A DNA stretch of 64,000 bases from Octopus sinensis (taxonomy: Eukaryota). Numbering within the stretch: the first letter of the stretch is position 1; every line of letters begins with the position of its first letter. A program made the translations under genes and the position numbers. The notes beneath the pieces were generated by a model, which saw nothing but the letters and a program-made list of their open reading frames with translations, was not told the DNA's origin and ran no database searches. Positions 52,630 to 64,000 of this stretch are shown one piece after another. The stretch lies in assembly GCF_006345805.1 (NCBI RefSeq), contig NC_043001.1, forward strand, positions 97,154,001 to 97,218,000. The letters are read 5' to 3'.

Positions 52630-54345
52630 AGGGTGAAAAGGAACACAGAGTTGATATATATGAAAAAACAAGTCAAAATAGAAAATGCTAAAATAATTTT
52701 ATAAAGAACATTTTAGTACCGGTTTCGGTCATTTTGAGACCTTTTCAACTGTAACGATTAAATAAGTAAATTTAGAAAAATTAGAAGAAAAGTGTTTTTA
52801 AAGGAATATTTGTATAGTGTTCAAATATAAGTGGCATTCTGCCTTTCTCTGTCTCCCTTGTTTGCACTTGTGTGTTCGAGGCAGTTGTGAATTCTTGGTA
52901 GGGTAGAAGAAGAAGAATGTTGATGAGGAGATGAGGTGGAAACATTTGGGAGTGCCTTGATGGTCGTATTTTGAATGGTCAGTGGCGGCTAGCAGTTGCA
53001 GTTCAATTCAGGAGAATATTTCTATTGAAAGGTTTGTTTATGGAATTTGCGTAGGTGTTATACTAAAAAGCATTAGTGATAAAGTTAAGAGGTAGAAGGT
53101 GGAGAAGAAGAAGAAGAAGAAGAAGAAGAAGAAGAAGAAGATGACGATGTTGATGACGATGATGATGATGATGATGAAGAAGAAGAAGAAGATGAGGGAG
53201 AAGGAGAAGAAGAAGATGATGATGATGGTGATGATGATGACGATGATGATGATAATGATGATGATGAAGAAGAAGAGGAAGAAGGAGAAACAAAAGAGAA
53301 GGGAGAATATGAATGGGTGAAAGTAGTGAGGTGTTGTATGACTTGAAGTTGGCATGTTATGGATTATAGCTGTGATTGGGGTTGATTTGTAATGGATTCT
53401 TTGGAATGTAATATTTGTGTGTGTATTTCTTTTATTCTAAAGTTGAGGTATATTAATCGTTTGTCGTAGACCCGTTAAGAAGTGGCCTGTATTTTGAAAT
53501 AAAGAGAGTTTCTTTACTTATTCGTTGTCTCGAGGTTGTATCGTCCCTAAATTGGTAGAGGGGGAAAATCCTGAAGCCTGGTGTTTTGTTGTTGGCGCAA
53601 GTATCTATGTGTTGGCTGAAAACTATTTTTCTGTTTTGGAGAATTTTATCTGGGATCTGTGCAGGGCCATTCTTTTACGCAAACTATTTTTTGTTTGGCC
53701 TATGTACTGCTCTTGACACCCGGAGCAGGTTAGTGAGTATATTAGGTTCTCCGAAGCACATGTGAAGTTGCTTTTCACAGTAAACCGTTGTCCCTGTTTG
53801 AAGGAGAACACTGATCCCTCAATTAGATAATCGCATATCCCGCAATTGGGTCTTCCACATTTTTTTACTGTCGGCTTCTGTGTTGAAGAGTGAATTCGGG
53901 CTTGTGTTAGGAGACTTTTCATAGATTTAGGCTGTCTCTTGCTTTTTATGATCGTGTGTGTTTGGAGGATTGTGTTCATTCTGTGGTCTTTTTTAGGAGG
54001 GGTATGTTGTGGAGGATGGTGCCGAAGGCTTCGTTATTGAGAGGGTTGTGTGTGGAGATGTATGGTAAAGCATTTGGTCGTAAGTTTTTCTTTGATTTGG
54101 GGTGTCTCAGTTCTTTGATGTTAAGTTGAAGGGCACGTTGAATGCACTTGTCAATGAGTGAAGGTGGATAGTTCCTGGTGATAAGGGTATCTTTTAGTTC
54201 TTGTAGTCGTGTGTCTCTGGTGTTTGCATTATAAACTATAGTGCATATCCTTTTTGCTAGATTGAAGGGGATATTCATCCTGGTGTGTCTGGGGTGGCAT
54301 GAATTGAATGGAATATATTGCTTAGAATCTGTAGGCTTATAATAT
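52630..54345 (-). mobile_element. 5'-truncated Penelope/Poseidon-type PLE (RT C-terminus, GIY-YIG endonuclease, pseudo-LTR), frameshifted
   Basis: YYKPTDSKQY..SCHP..NIPFNLAKR..RNYP; CGRPNCGIC; NLIYSLTCSGCQEQYIGQT. A (GAA)/(GAT) repeat lies at 53095-53310 in the 3' region. Confidence 0.9.
52711..52754 (-). ncRNA. Hammerhead-like motif with a U3-A8 core, downstream of the Penelope ORF
   Basis: CAG-UUGAAAA-GGUC/GACC-GAAA-CCGG-UA-CU; palindromic stem III ACCGGU; weak stem I. Confidence 0.5.
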
Positions 54346-54383
54346 AATATAACAAAATAAAGGAATATGTATACATACATACA

Positions 54384-54427
<44 letters not shown>

Positions 54428-54452
54428 TGTATACATATATGCATACACACAT

Positions 54453-54847
54453 GTGGCTGTGTGGTAAGTAGCTTGCTAACCAACCACATGGTTCCGGGTT
54501 CAGTCCCACTGCGTGGAATCTTGTGCAAGTTTCCTCTGCTATAGCCCCGGGCCGACCAATGCCTTGTGAGTGGATTCGGTAGACGGAAACTGAAAGAAGC
54601 CTGTCGTATATATGTATATATATGTGTGTGTGTGTGTGTATGCGTATATGTTTGTGTGTCTGAGTTTGTCCCCCTAGCATTGCTTGACAACCGATGCTGG
54701 TGTGTTTACGTCCCCGTCACTTAGCGGTTCGGCAAAAGAGACCGATAGAATAAGTACTAGGCTTACAAAGAACACGTGCTGGGATCGATTTGCTCAACAA
54801 AAGGCGGTGCTCCAGCATGGCCGCAGTCAAATGACTGAAACAAGTAA
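54453..54847 (+). mobile_element. tRNA-derived SINE, family A
   Basis: GTGGCTGTGTGGTAAG...GGTTCAGTCCC head; tail GGCGGTGCTCCAGCATGGCCGCAGTCAAATGACTGAAAC. Confidence 0.9.
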
Positions 54848-55004
54848 TATATATATATATATATATGCATGCCAGTATGCTAATGTAGCGTCCACATTAG
54901 ACTCCTCACTCGTATGACCATCGAACCAACAGTATAACTAAGGTCTTTATACACACAAACGCACGCACATGCACACACACGCACACACGCGCAGACGTAC
55001 ACAA

Positions 55005-55058
<54 letters not shown>

Positions 55059-55732
55059 ACATATGTGTGTATATGCTTGTGTACTTATGTAAATCTCTAA
55101 ATGCTATGAAGTAAGGAAAAAGCAAAAGAAAATATACTCTTTATGAGAAACTTCCTGGATAGTTTTATATTAAGTTTGTATATTGAACTAAAACCACTAT
55201 TCAAATTATAAAATCATCTATCAGTGGGATGCTATAAGGACATATATACATGGTATTTATACGATTCTATTTTCTGTCTCTATCTTTGGCTCGCTGATTG
55301 CTGCTGTTCCATTCTCTAATACTTCATGTCACATGTTGTCATTGGAGAACAGGTTTTTATTGTTTCATTTTGCTCGTTTTGAATGATGTTTATTTAAATA
55401 ACAGCCTCAAGTAGTATGTTAGAAATGTACTTCACTAATAAATACGTAAGTCTCAGCATGTTTCCAATGATTTATAATTGATATAAAGCAGCCGGTTTAT
55501 ATAAGCATGCAATCGTAGTGTAGTTCACATTTATAATACCATAATACCAAGCAACCAAAACTAACTGAAGCTCAATTTCCAACTTTCTGTTATCAACAGT
55601 ATGAGAACACACATTTTTTTTTCTGTTTTGTTTCCCAATATTCTCTCTCTCGTTTTACTTACACGCCTACGTTGTTGTATCATGCACACTTTCTTTTACA
55701 GTCCGATAAATACACACATATATATCTTATTG

Positions 55733-55778
55733 ATGTACCCGAAGAGAGCCAGAACGGGTCGAAACATATGTCGTATCC
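55733..55778 (+). ncRNA. Minimal type I hammerhead motif (U4C variant)
   Basis: GUAC-CCGAAGA-GAGCC/GGGUC-GAAA-CAUAUG-UC-GUAU; palindromic stem III ACAUAUGU, GUC site. Confidence 0.65.
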
Positions 55779-55914
55779 AATAACATATTTTACTCACTCC
55801 ACCTATCATATTAATACTGTTATCCCAACCGACACAACGAAGTTACTGCAATAAATCTACGGATAAAAAACGGGTAATCGACAAGGTCGCCGTCGTTTAC
55901 TCATCGTCTACTTA

Positions 55915-56157
55915 TACATCGGCTGTCAAGCGATGTTGGGGGGACAAACACAGACGCAGAAACATATACACCCACATAAATATACATACATATATACAAC
56001 GCGCATCTTTCTGTTTCCGTCTACCAAATCAACTCACAAGGCTTTGGTCGGACCGAGGCTATAGTAGAAAAGACGTTCCCAAGGCGCCATGCAGCTGGAC
56101 TGAACCAAGAACCATGTAGTTCGTAAGCAAGCTACTTACCACACAGCCACTCCTACG
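55915..56157 (-). mobile_element. SINE family A, 5' portion
   Basis: Reverse complement of the family A head and middle. Confidence 0.8.
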
Positions 56158-56159
56158 CA

Positions 56160-56203
<44 letters not shown>

Positions 56204-56789
56204 TCTTCGGTGTGAAAGAATCGATAGGTAGCTTGAGTAGTGGTGTCCCATTAATATTATCCAAAAACGTGTCTCCAGTACCCGAACTGTAATCGATATT
56301 CAGCTGAATATGAGTATTACAATTTCCTTCCAAAAGATTGTCATTTGCGATTTGAAAATATTAATCACAGAAACCATTCCGACAAAGGGGAATTGCATAA
56401 TGCATATACGTTGTCGAACGTTTACATCATCGTGGTGCGTATTGACAGCTTCCTCATTGGCCAGGAATCAAATGAAATTTATATTAAAATCTGATATGTC
56501 GATCACCTTTTTTCTGCTACGCATGTACAACTAGCCTGAAGCCTGAACTAAGAAATTATACTTTTATACAGACGATAGTGCCCTACCCTCCACTCATTCA
56601 TCCCAGGAATTTGTCACTGTGAAATGTCTTCCATATGCAACTGGGATATTTCATTTTAAATTTGTATTGTCTCCCTGAAACGTGACTTCCGACACTTCCT
56701 CGAGTGTGGGTATTTCCAAAATATTTACTCCAGCATTAAGAAGGAAGACATACACAACCGCATACACATGTATATATGTATCTCTCTGT

Positions 56790-56791
56790 TC

Positions 56792-56852
<61 letters not shown>

Positions 56853-57010
56853 TATACACATATATACATACATATACATACATATATATACAATATATAT
56901 ATACATATATATATAGTATATATATATAGTATATATATATGTATATATATGTATATATATATGTATATATATGTATATATATGTATGTATATATATGTAT
57001 ATATATATAC
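56790..57010. repeat. (TA)n microsatellite at the 5' truncation of the Neptune PLE
   Basis: Seen directly. Confidence 0.9.
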
Positions 57011-57019
57011 AAAAAGCAA

Positions 57020-59328
57020 TAAAGGAGTAATAATGTTAATAATAGAAATAATAGATATAAGGCTAATGGAGAAAATAAGGAGAATGAAAATATCAGTGAT
57101 ATTTATAACAGCAATATGCAGTCGGATAAAAAGACTAACAATAATAGTAACATTACCAATAATATAAGAAAACATGGTAGGACTTTAAACCTAAATGATG
57201 AAGCTGAAGGATCAATAAATAATAGCAATACTTTAGATATAAGCACCAACTATAGAAATGATAATCAAAATAATAGGAACCTAAGACATCTACCCAAGAA
57301 TAATCCAAAGCCTGAAGTTGCTCCTCCTGTGTGTAAGTGTAGAATAAAATCAAAATGCCCGGCACCTGGTCTATGTGGGGAAAATAATGTAATCTATAAA
57401 TGTACCATATCCACAAAGAATAACAAATATCTTTACGTTGGATGTACAATTAATTTTCTAGCCAGAGTTAGGAATCATATCTCGTCTTTTAAATTACGTC
57501 ATAAAGCTGGTACCACCACACTTTCAAACAAAATCTGGGAACTCAAAAATAATAATAAAAATTATAAACTTAATTGGGAAATAGTTAGGAGAGCAATTCC
57601 GTATAAAAATAGTAGGGTTGGTTGCCAACTATGCTCCATGGAGACGTATGAAATTCTAAAGCATAGAAAACATAGTAACTTATTGAATAATCATATCGAA
57701 CTAGGTCAAGTTTGTGTCCACGCTAAATTGAAGACTTTAAAATATTTTAAATGATTAGAATATCCGTAACTAGATAGATAGATATAACTTGATTTCTACT
57801 AGTATAGCACTGCTTTAAGTAGATAACTAAGAGTTCTCACACTACAGTTATCTTTTTCCTTATATCTGCACCAGTTTTTTGAGAACAGGGAAGTGAATAG
57901 TACTTATACGCTGCTTAATTGAGGCTTTATTTAATTTCAAACTCATAATTTTTAAATTCTTAATTTTAAATCTTAATTGTAATTTTTAATTTTAATTCCT
58001 AACTTAATCTAATTTAAGTAGCATAACTCTAATAAAATAAAATGAGATACTATAGCCCCATAATTCTATTTCAAAATTAAATAAATAAGGCTACCCCCTC
58101 GGTGATAATATGATTATCTTCATTATGATAGACAATCCCCTAACACCTTGTAAATGATCTTCTAAGATTTGACCTGTAGTCCGTCAATGTATGAATAATA
58201 ACGGCAACTCCTTAAGACAATAAAATGAATAAATTAAATAAGTAAGTTTTATTGACTTTTTGATAAGATTATACTTAGATTTTCCTAATGTATTTTCTTT
58301 TGATTTTAGCATCTGACCCCTAAACCCCTGACTGTGTTATCTCTTTAGATTCTCTTTAAATTCATAGCTGATTTCAACAGCAATAAATTAGCTGTTTTAC
58401 TGGCCAAAGAATAATATTCTCCTCTAGTTCCTAGATGCCTGTAAATTAAAACCAGACTTGCCGTCTACTAATTCTTCTGTATAACTAGAACCCTCTTTTT
58501 TATTTTTATTTTTTCCCTTTCTTTCCCATTTCTTTCTCTTTTCTCTTTTTTCTGTTTCTTCTTCTTATTCTCTTTTTCCTTTTCTCTTCTCTTTTAGTCC
58601 CCTTCCCCCCCCCCTTTTTTCTTGCTCCCTCCTCCTTTATTTTCTCTCTTTTCTTCTATTCCCTTCCCTTTCTATTCTTGGCCTCTCTAGAATGCCCTTC
58701 AGCCTTTAAAAGTTAAATAGCTACAGCCTCTTGTAAATAGCAGTAATGTGATTAATGTAGCAAATACCTAATCATATAACAAGTTTTGATACCTACCTCA
58801 TTGTGTTCAACCATTGATAAATTTATCGCCTGTGAATATGAAATTCCTCTTCATTTCTCTGGAAACTTACATCTACACCATTGGAAATTGTGCATCTATA
58901 CAAAGGATTAATTAACCCTCTCTGTAATGCTAATAAGCAGGAATTGAGACCCACCTCGTTGTGATTAACAATGGATAAATTTGTCTTCTGTGAGTATGTA
59001 ATCCCTCATCATATCTCTGGAAATTCATATGTGCTCTATGGATTAGGTCATCTTCTCTGTGATGCTATTAGAACTTTTTTAAAATTCTGTGATAAGACTG
59101 TACATCATCTTTAAAGAACTTTAATGAACTTTGGAAATCTGTTTATGTTACTTAATTATCTACATTACTTCATGAGTATAGCCTCAACCACTAGGATGTC
59201 TAGAGAACTCACATGTATTTTAGCTGATGAGTACGGGACACGTTTATATGCTGTAATTTTTACAACTTTTAATAAAGCCTGTCCTTGTACTAAAAACCTA
59301 TCCATTCTTGTTGCTTCTTTCTCGCGTG

Positions 59329-59330
<2 letters not shown>
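57020..59330 (+). mobile_element. 5'-truncated Neptune-type PLE: open GIY-YIG ORF (57116-57754) and a long putative 3' region
   Basis: CKCRIKSKCP..C..NVIYKCTI..YVGCT..R..NH.SSF..TLSNKIWELK..W..CQLC fits the Neptune endonuclease pattern. The 3' boundary is inferred. Confidence 0.8.
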
Positions 59331-59376
<46 letters not shown>

Positions 59377-60639
59377 TATATATTATCAGCAATACGATAT
59401 AACACCTATACACATTTACACGCAGTAGAGACGCAGACCGTGTACGTCATACGCTACCATACATATACACACTCATATATACTATTTTTCTCAGCATTTG
59501 TGCGTATGTGCCACTTTGAGGGCGTATGTGTGTTTCCTTTTGGTTTATTCATTTGTAAATGTTAACTGGGGTTTAGAAAAACATTCTAGGATCTATATAT
59601 CAGTTGATGCAAACACCCTTCTAATCCGATGTACAGTGAATTTATGGTAAACAAATGCCTTTCCAATTACGTAAGCGCTTTGGCAATTCCGATCAAAGGA
59701 AGCGCTTTCCTTTATTTGCGATTGAAAACATCTGTAATCACAGAATATATTCCCCAAATCAAAATCACTCATGCATGTACAAATTGCTTTTATCTTAATT
59801 CTGACATAATGAAGAAGAAATACAACTCTTGGTATTCCATTTTGTTTTACACAAACACACACAACATATGCACAGTAATACATACATACTGATGCACACA
59901 GACATGGATATACCCGCAAAACACACATGCAAACACACGCGCGTATATACACATATATACATATACATAATTGTATATATCAATTTACATAAATGTATAC
60001 GCATGTAATTGTCGATATATATGAAGGACATTTTCATGGAGAATTAACGTATCAGAGGGAACAATTACAGCGGAAATATATATCTTGCCAGTAAGATATT
60101 AGGATTGCCCCCAAATAAGCATATATATTCACTGGAATACTACTACAAATGTCATATCCTTTGCATAATATGGAAAAATATCCAAAGAATGTAGCTAAAT
60201 TAAGCAAACAAAGTGTGTTCCGCCTCAGCTGGTATCTTAGATCTATCTTCCTTCAGATAATAAACATTTTATTTGTTCACATCCCAAGTAAACTTACAAA
60301 GAAGCTTAAATTGAGCCTCTCTGTGAAATTTATGTCCACGGTTAAATAACGAAATACTTCGTCACACTTCGTCAGGAATTTTCATTTCGTGCCATATAAA
60401 AACGTAGACGTTGGCATAGGGGTATAAGTCAAGATTAACTAAAGTTTTGGGAATGCGAACTGTGTATTGCTTACGTTTGCAAACTAATTGCCAACAGCAT
60501 TGATATACCTTTGCTTTGGTTACACTCCAGATTGAATCAATATGCATATATCTACGTCTGCACATTCTACATGAAGAACCTATCGACATACTCAAAACCC
60601 AACACCGCCCCTCACACAAATGTTCCACTCATGTTAGAC

Positions 60640-60895
60640 GGCCCACAGCTCTTTAAAATACTTCCAAAATACCCGAGACACTTGCATGGTGTGGAAGTAA
60701 GTGACTTTAAATGAAATCTGGATCTCTTCCTATTACGGGTTCTCGACGAGCCCAACTCTTGGCAGGAAACACAGATGAGGGCAGCAGCATCAAACTCCCT
60801 CATTGACCAAATGCCTCATATCAGAGGAGGTTTCAAGTGATGGTGTAGCTCAGTCAACGGTGGTGCTCCAGTATGACGCAGCTTGCGGCTGAAAC
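60640..60895 (+). mobile_element. 3' end of a CR1/L2-like LINE
   Basis: GPQLFKILPK..FK*NLDLFL..DEP..AAASNSLIDQ parallels the C-terminus of the 11-13 kb LINE (GPVLFNIVP..FKRSLDRFF..PDKP..NSLLEW). Confidence 0.7.
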
Positions 60896-60978
60896 ATTTT
60901 AAAATAGTTAAATTTAGATATTACGGAGATGTACTTGCATAGCTAGAGACCTGACCTGAGATCATGTGGTGGAACGAA

Positions 60979-61172
60979 AACAATTGCAGCGTGGAAGGTG
61001 TTTATAAGCTGACAAAATTCCGTGCTGCATCACAGAATTTGGTCAGTGAACAGGTCACGGTCACAAAGCGACGAAAATATTTTGACAAATTAAATTTAAA
61101 TGTTGAAGTGAATCTAGCGGTATTTGTGTGTTTCTTAAATGGCTTATAAACACCCTCCACGCTGCAATTGTT
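60979..61172. mobile_element. MITE-like element with 31 bp TIRs
   Basis: AACAATTGCAGCGTGGAAGGTGTTTATAAGC ... GCTTATAAACACCCTCCACGCTGCAATTGTT (1 mismatch). Confidence 0.75.
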
Positions 61173-61424
61173 AAATTAAAATAGTTATATATATTAATAT
61201 ATTTATATATATATATATTTAAATATGCAAATAAATATTTATATGGATGCTTATACAGATATTACTACTATTATCATTAGCAGTAAAAGAAACACATGAT
61301 AATTACAACAACAACAACAATAATGGAAGTGGCCAGCAAACAATAACAACGATAAATTTCTGGTCTGTTATGCCTACTTATAAGTTAATTATGAAATTTA
61401 TATATATGTGGCACATCGTCGGAT

Positions 61425-61775
61425 ATGATGACGAGGGATCCATTTGGTCCGATGAACGGAACAGCCTGCCCCTGAAATAAATGTGCAAGTGGATGTGCAC
61501 ACCACAGGCACGTGTAACCTTAACGTAGTTCTCGAGGAGATTCAGCGTGACACAGGGTTTGACAAGGCTGGCCCTTTCAAATACAAGGACAAAAGAAACT
61601 AGAAGAAAGAGTAAGAAAGTTGTGGTGAATGAGTACAGCAGAGTTCGTCAGCACCCCCTGCGTGAGCCTCATCGAACTTTAGGTATTTTTGCACAATAAA
61701 CACTCACAATGCGCGGTCTGGGAATTGAAACCGTGAACCTTTGACCGCGTTTCGCGGCCCTTGCGCCTCCACTAC
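61425..61775 (-). mobile_element. tRNA-derived SINE (family C head with a different body)
   Basis: Head matches 4830-5135; body matches 20315-20420. Confidence 0.7.
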
Positions 61776-61780
61776 GTGTA

Positions 61781-61827
<47 letters not shown>

Positions 61828-61874
61828 CTATGTATGTAAGTTTGACCTTTACAGTTTATATATATATATATATC

Positions 61875-62400
61875 CGACCTCTCTTCCACGGAGGAAACTT
61901 TCAATAATCACGCACCAAGCACTCGCCGCTAGCGGCTTTTCACAACGAATAAAACACATCTCACACCTAGACAAACTAGACTTCCACACATGAATTTAAC
62001 ACTAGGTCAAAATCCCAAAGAACTAAATCAGGTAACAACAGGCCTTGCCACCCACCTCCATTGTCCAAAAATATATTTAGCGTTCCTTTCTCGAAAAATA
62101 TAGATAGCACTACTTCTAGACAGACTAAAAAAGCGGCGGACGGTCTAATCTGTAGTACACACCCAACTTCTCAATTAAAATTAAGAACTTAGTTAAATCC
62201 TTCTTTAAATACTAGACTCTAACTTTCCTCGTCAACATAAATATGCCGAAAATAGACTTAAATCGTCAATAACCACATATAATTCACTATTATAAGTGCG
62301 CGTCACGAAGCAAGCCGACAGAAACTTCCTAAAAAATTCCATTATAACCGAATCAGCTCCGATTCCTGAAATAATTCATAAAGAATTTTCTCATTATCAG
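61875..62400 (+). mobile_element. Decayed Neptune-type PLE fragment (RT C-terminal region)
   Basis: Across frameshifts: LSSTEETFNNHAP / ALAASGFSQRIK / PFSKNI / LDSNFPRQHKY. Confidence 0.5.
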
Positions 62401-62684
62401 CGGTCATTGCACTAAGAAATAAATGAGATACTTGCACCCATGGAACAAGTAGACACAAAATCATGTGTACACTTAAGTACCCCAAATATATCCAAAATAG
62501 AAAGTCTACAGCACACCTCGAGACATGTGTCACCTTGCATCGAGACGCGTGCTTATAAGGATGAAATATATATATATATATATAGTTAATCCAAACAAGA
62601 ACAAACAAGAAAAAACACCAACGCGAGGACATGGAACAAGTATTTTATTATTGGATGCTCATGAAATGAAACAAAATAAAGAGG

Positions 62685-62719
62685 ATTTTACGTTTCGAGC
62701 CGAGCACTTCATCAAAAAT
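62685..62719 (-). ncRNA. Minimal hammerhead motif in a pseudo-LTR-like repeat (62580-62760)
   Basis: AUUU-UUGAUGA-A-GUGC-UCG-GCUC-GAAA-CG-UA-AAAU; palindromic ACGU stem III. Confidence 0.55.
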
Positions 62720-62814
62720 ATAGAAAATGTCCAAAGAAGGGAGACGGAGAAAGAAAATCGCCAACGAATCACAGCTGGTCACATATTGAAATATGTATAT
62801 ATATATATAAGCCG

Positions 62815-63200
62815 AGTAATGCCTCTGTGGTAAGAAGCTTGCTTCTCAAACACATGGTTCCGGTATTCAATCCCATAGCTTGGCACTTTGGGCAAGTTTC
62901 TTCTAGCATAACCACAGGGTGACCAAAGCCTTGTGAGTGGATTTGGTAGACGAAAACTGAAAGACGTCCGTCGCATAAACACACACATGTATATGAGTGT
63001 GTGTCTTTGTGGCTGTGCTTGCCTCCCCCTCACCGCTTGACAACCAGTGGTAGTGTGTTTAGGCCCCTGTACCTTAGCGGTCCGAGAAAATAATACGATA
63101 GAATAAGTACTAGGCTTAAAAAATCAGTCATGCTGTCGACAGTTCAACCAAATGCCTAAAATACGGTGCCCCAGTATGGCCACAGTCAAATGACGGAACC
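62815..63200 (+). mobile_element. SINE family A, diverged
   Basis: CCTTGTGAGTGGATTTGGTAGACG and CGATAGAATAAGTACTAGGCTT motifs. Confidence 0.8.
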
Positions 63201-63226
63201 GAAGTATACACACACACACACACACA

Positions 63227-63281
<55 letters not shown>

Positions 63282-63311
63282 CAGACATCTGAAAAGAGAA
63301 TTCAATGGAAA

Positions 63312-63499
63312 GGTAGTCGAGTACTACAACTGTTTCAAATAGACATCGGATGCATCTTACGCTGCATAACAAATGTGTTGTAGCCGTTCAGTCTACGGTA
63401 CCATCAGTCACATACATCTGTTATGCTGAAAACGGTCCGCGAACTCTTGCATCAGCTGCAACTGATTTGCTTTTGAAACAGCCGTGCTACTCGACTTCC
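63312..63499. mobile_element. Old MITE-like element with imperfect TIRs of about 24-28 bp
   Basis: GTCGAGTACTACAACTGTTTCAAA versus TTTGAAACAGCCGTGCTACTCGAC (4 mismatches). Confidence 0.45.
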
Positions 63500-63745
63500 A
63501 GTCCTTGGCATGTATAGATTTCATTATCGCGTTATAACCAAGTTTGTTGCTCCAGAACGGAGTTGTATTGTATAGGAACTCTCTGCATGAGCTCGCTTCG
63601 GGACAAACATATACAGTAACCTCTCGCCATATCGCGCTTCACCTATCACGGTGTTGTTTTGAATTTGTGTTGTTTTGTGTTGTTTTGAATTTGTAATAAA
63701 ATAAATATATACAAATTATAAAAATAATTTTTAAAATACAATATA

Positions 63746-63907
63746 GGCGCAGGAGTGGCTGTGTGGTAAGTAGCTTGCTAACCAACCACATAGTTCCGGG
63801 TTCAGTCCCACTGCGTGGCATCTTGGGCAAGTGTCTTCTGCTATAGCCCCGGGCCGACCAATGCCTTGCGAGTGGATTTGGTAGACGGAAACTGAAAAAG
63901 CCTGTCG

Positions 63908-63947
<40 letters not shown>

Positions 63948-64000
63948 CATGTTTGTGTGTCTGTGTTTGTCCCTCTAGCATTGCTTGACAACCGATGCTG
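63746..64000 (+). mobile_element. tRNA-derived SINE, family A (runs off the window)
   Basis: GGCGCAGGAGTGGCTGTGTGGTAAGTAGCTTGC head. Confidence 0.9.

Noticed and set aside
56684-56750. CCGACAC-TTCCTCGA-GTGTGGG hairpin with an HDV L3-like loop
   Set aside because: P1, P2 and J4/2 elements could not be found.

Overview
This is AT-rich eukaryotic intronic or intergenic DNA made mostly of microsatellites and transposon remnants. The repeat families resemble those of octopus (an inference from memory, not a database match). I cannot support any host protein-coding gene; most ORF-track entries are microsatellite artefacts. Recognisable coding remnants are one CR1/L2-like LINE plus a second 3' end, a near-full-length R4/Dong (RT + restriction-like endonuclease) element, several truncated Dong copies sitting in (TAA)n, three Penelope-like (PLE) fragments and an internally deleted mariner. 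There are also many tRNA-derived SINEs and several MITE-like or fold-back elements. The most striking signal is a set of about nine minimal type I hammerhead ribozyme motifs from several unrelated repeat families, whose stem III is palindromic with a 0-1 nt loop where intact. Four of them belong to a tRNA-headed SINE-like element that occurs twice as a fold-back: hammerhead arm, (TTA)n, inverted B-box stub, tRNA head, (TAA)n, hammerhead arm. This is a candidate Pol III-driven, ribozyme-bearing, possibly PLE-mobilised element, and one copy is itself invaded by a TAA-targeting Dong retrotransposon.
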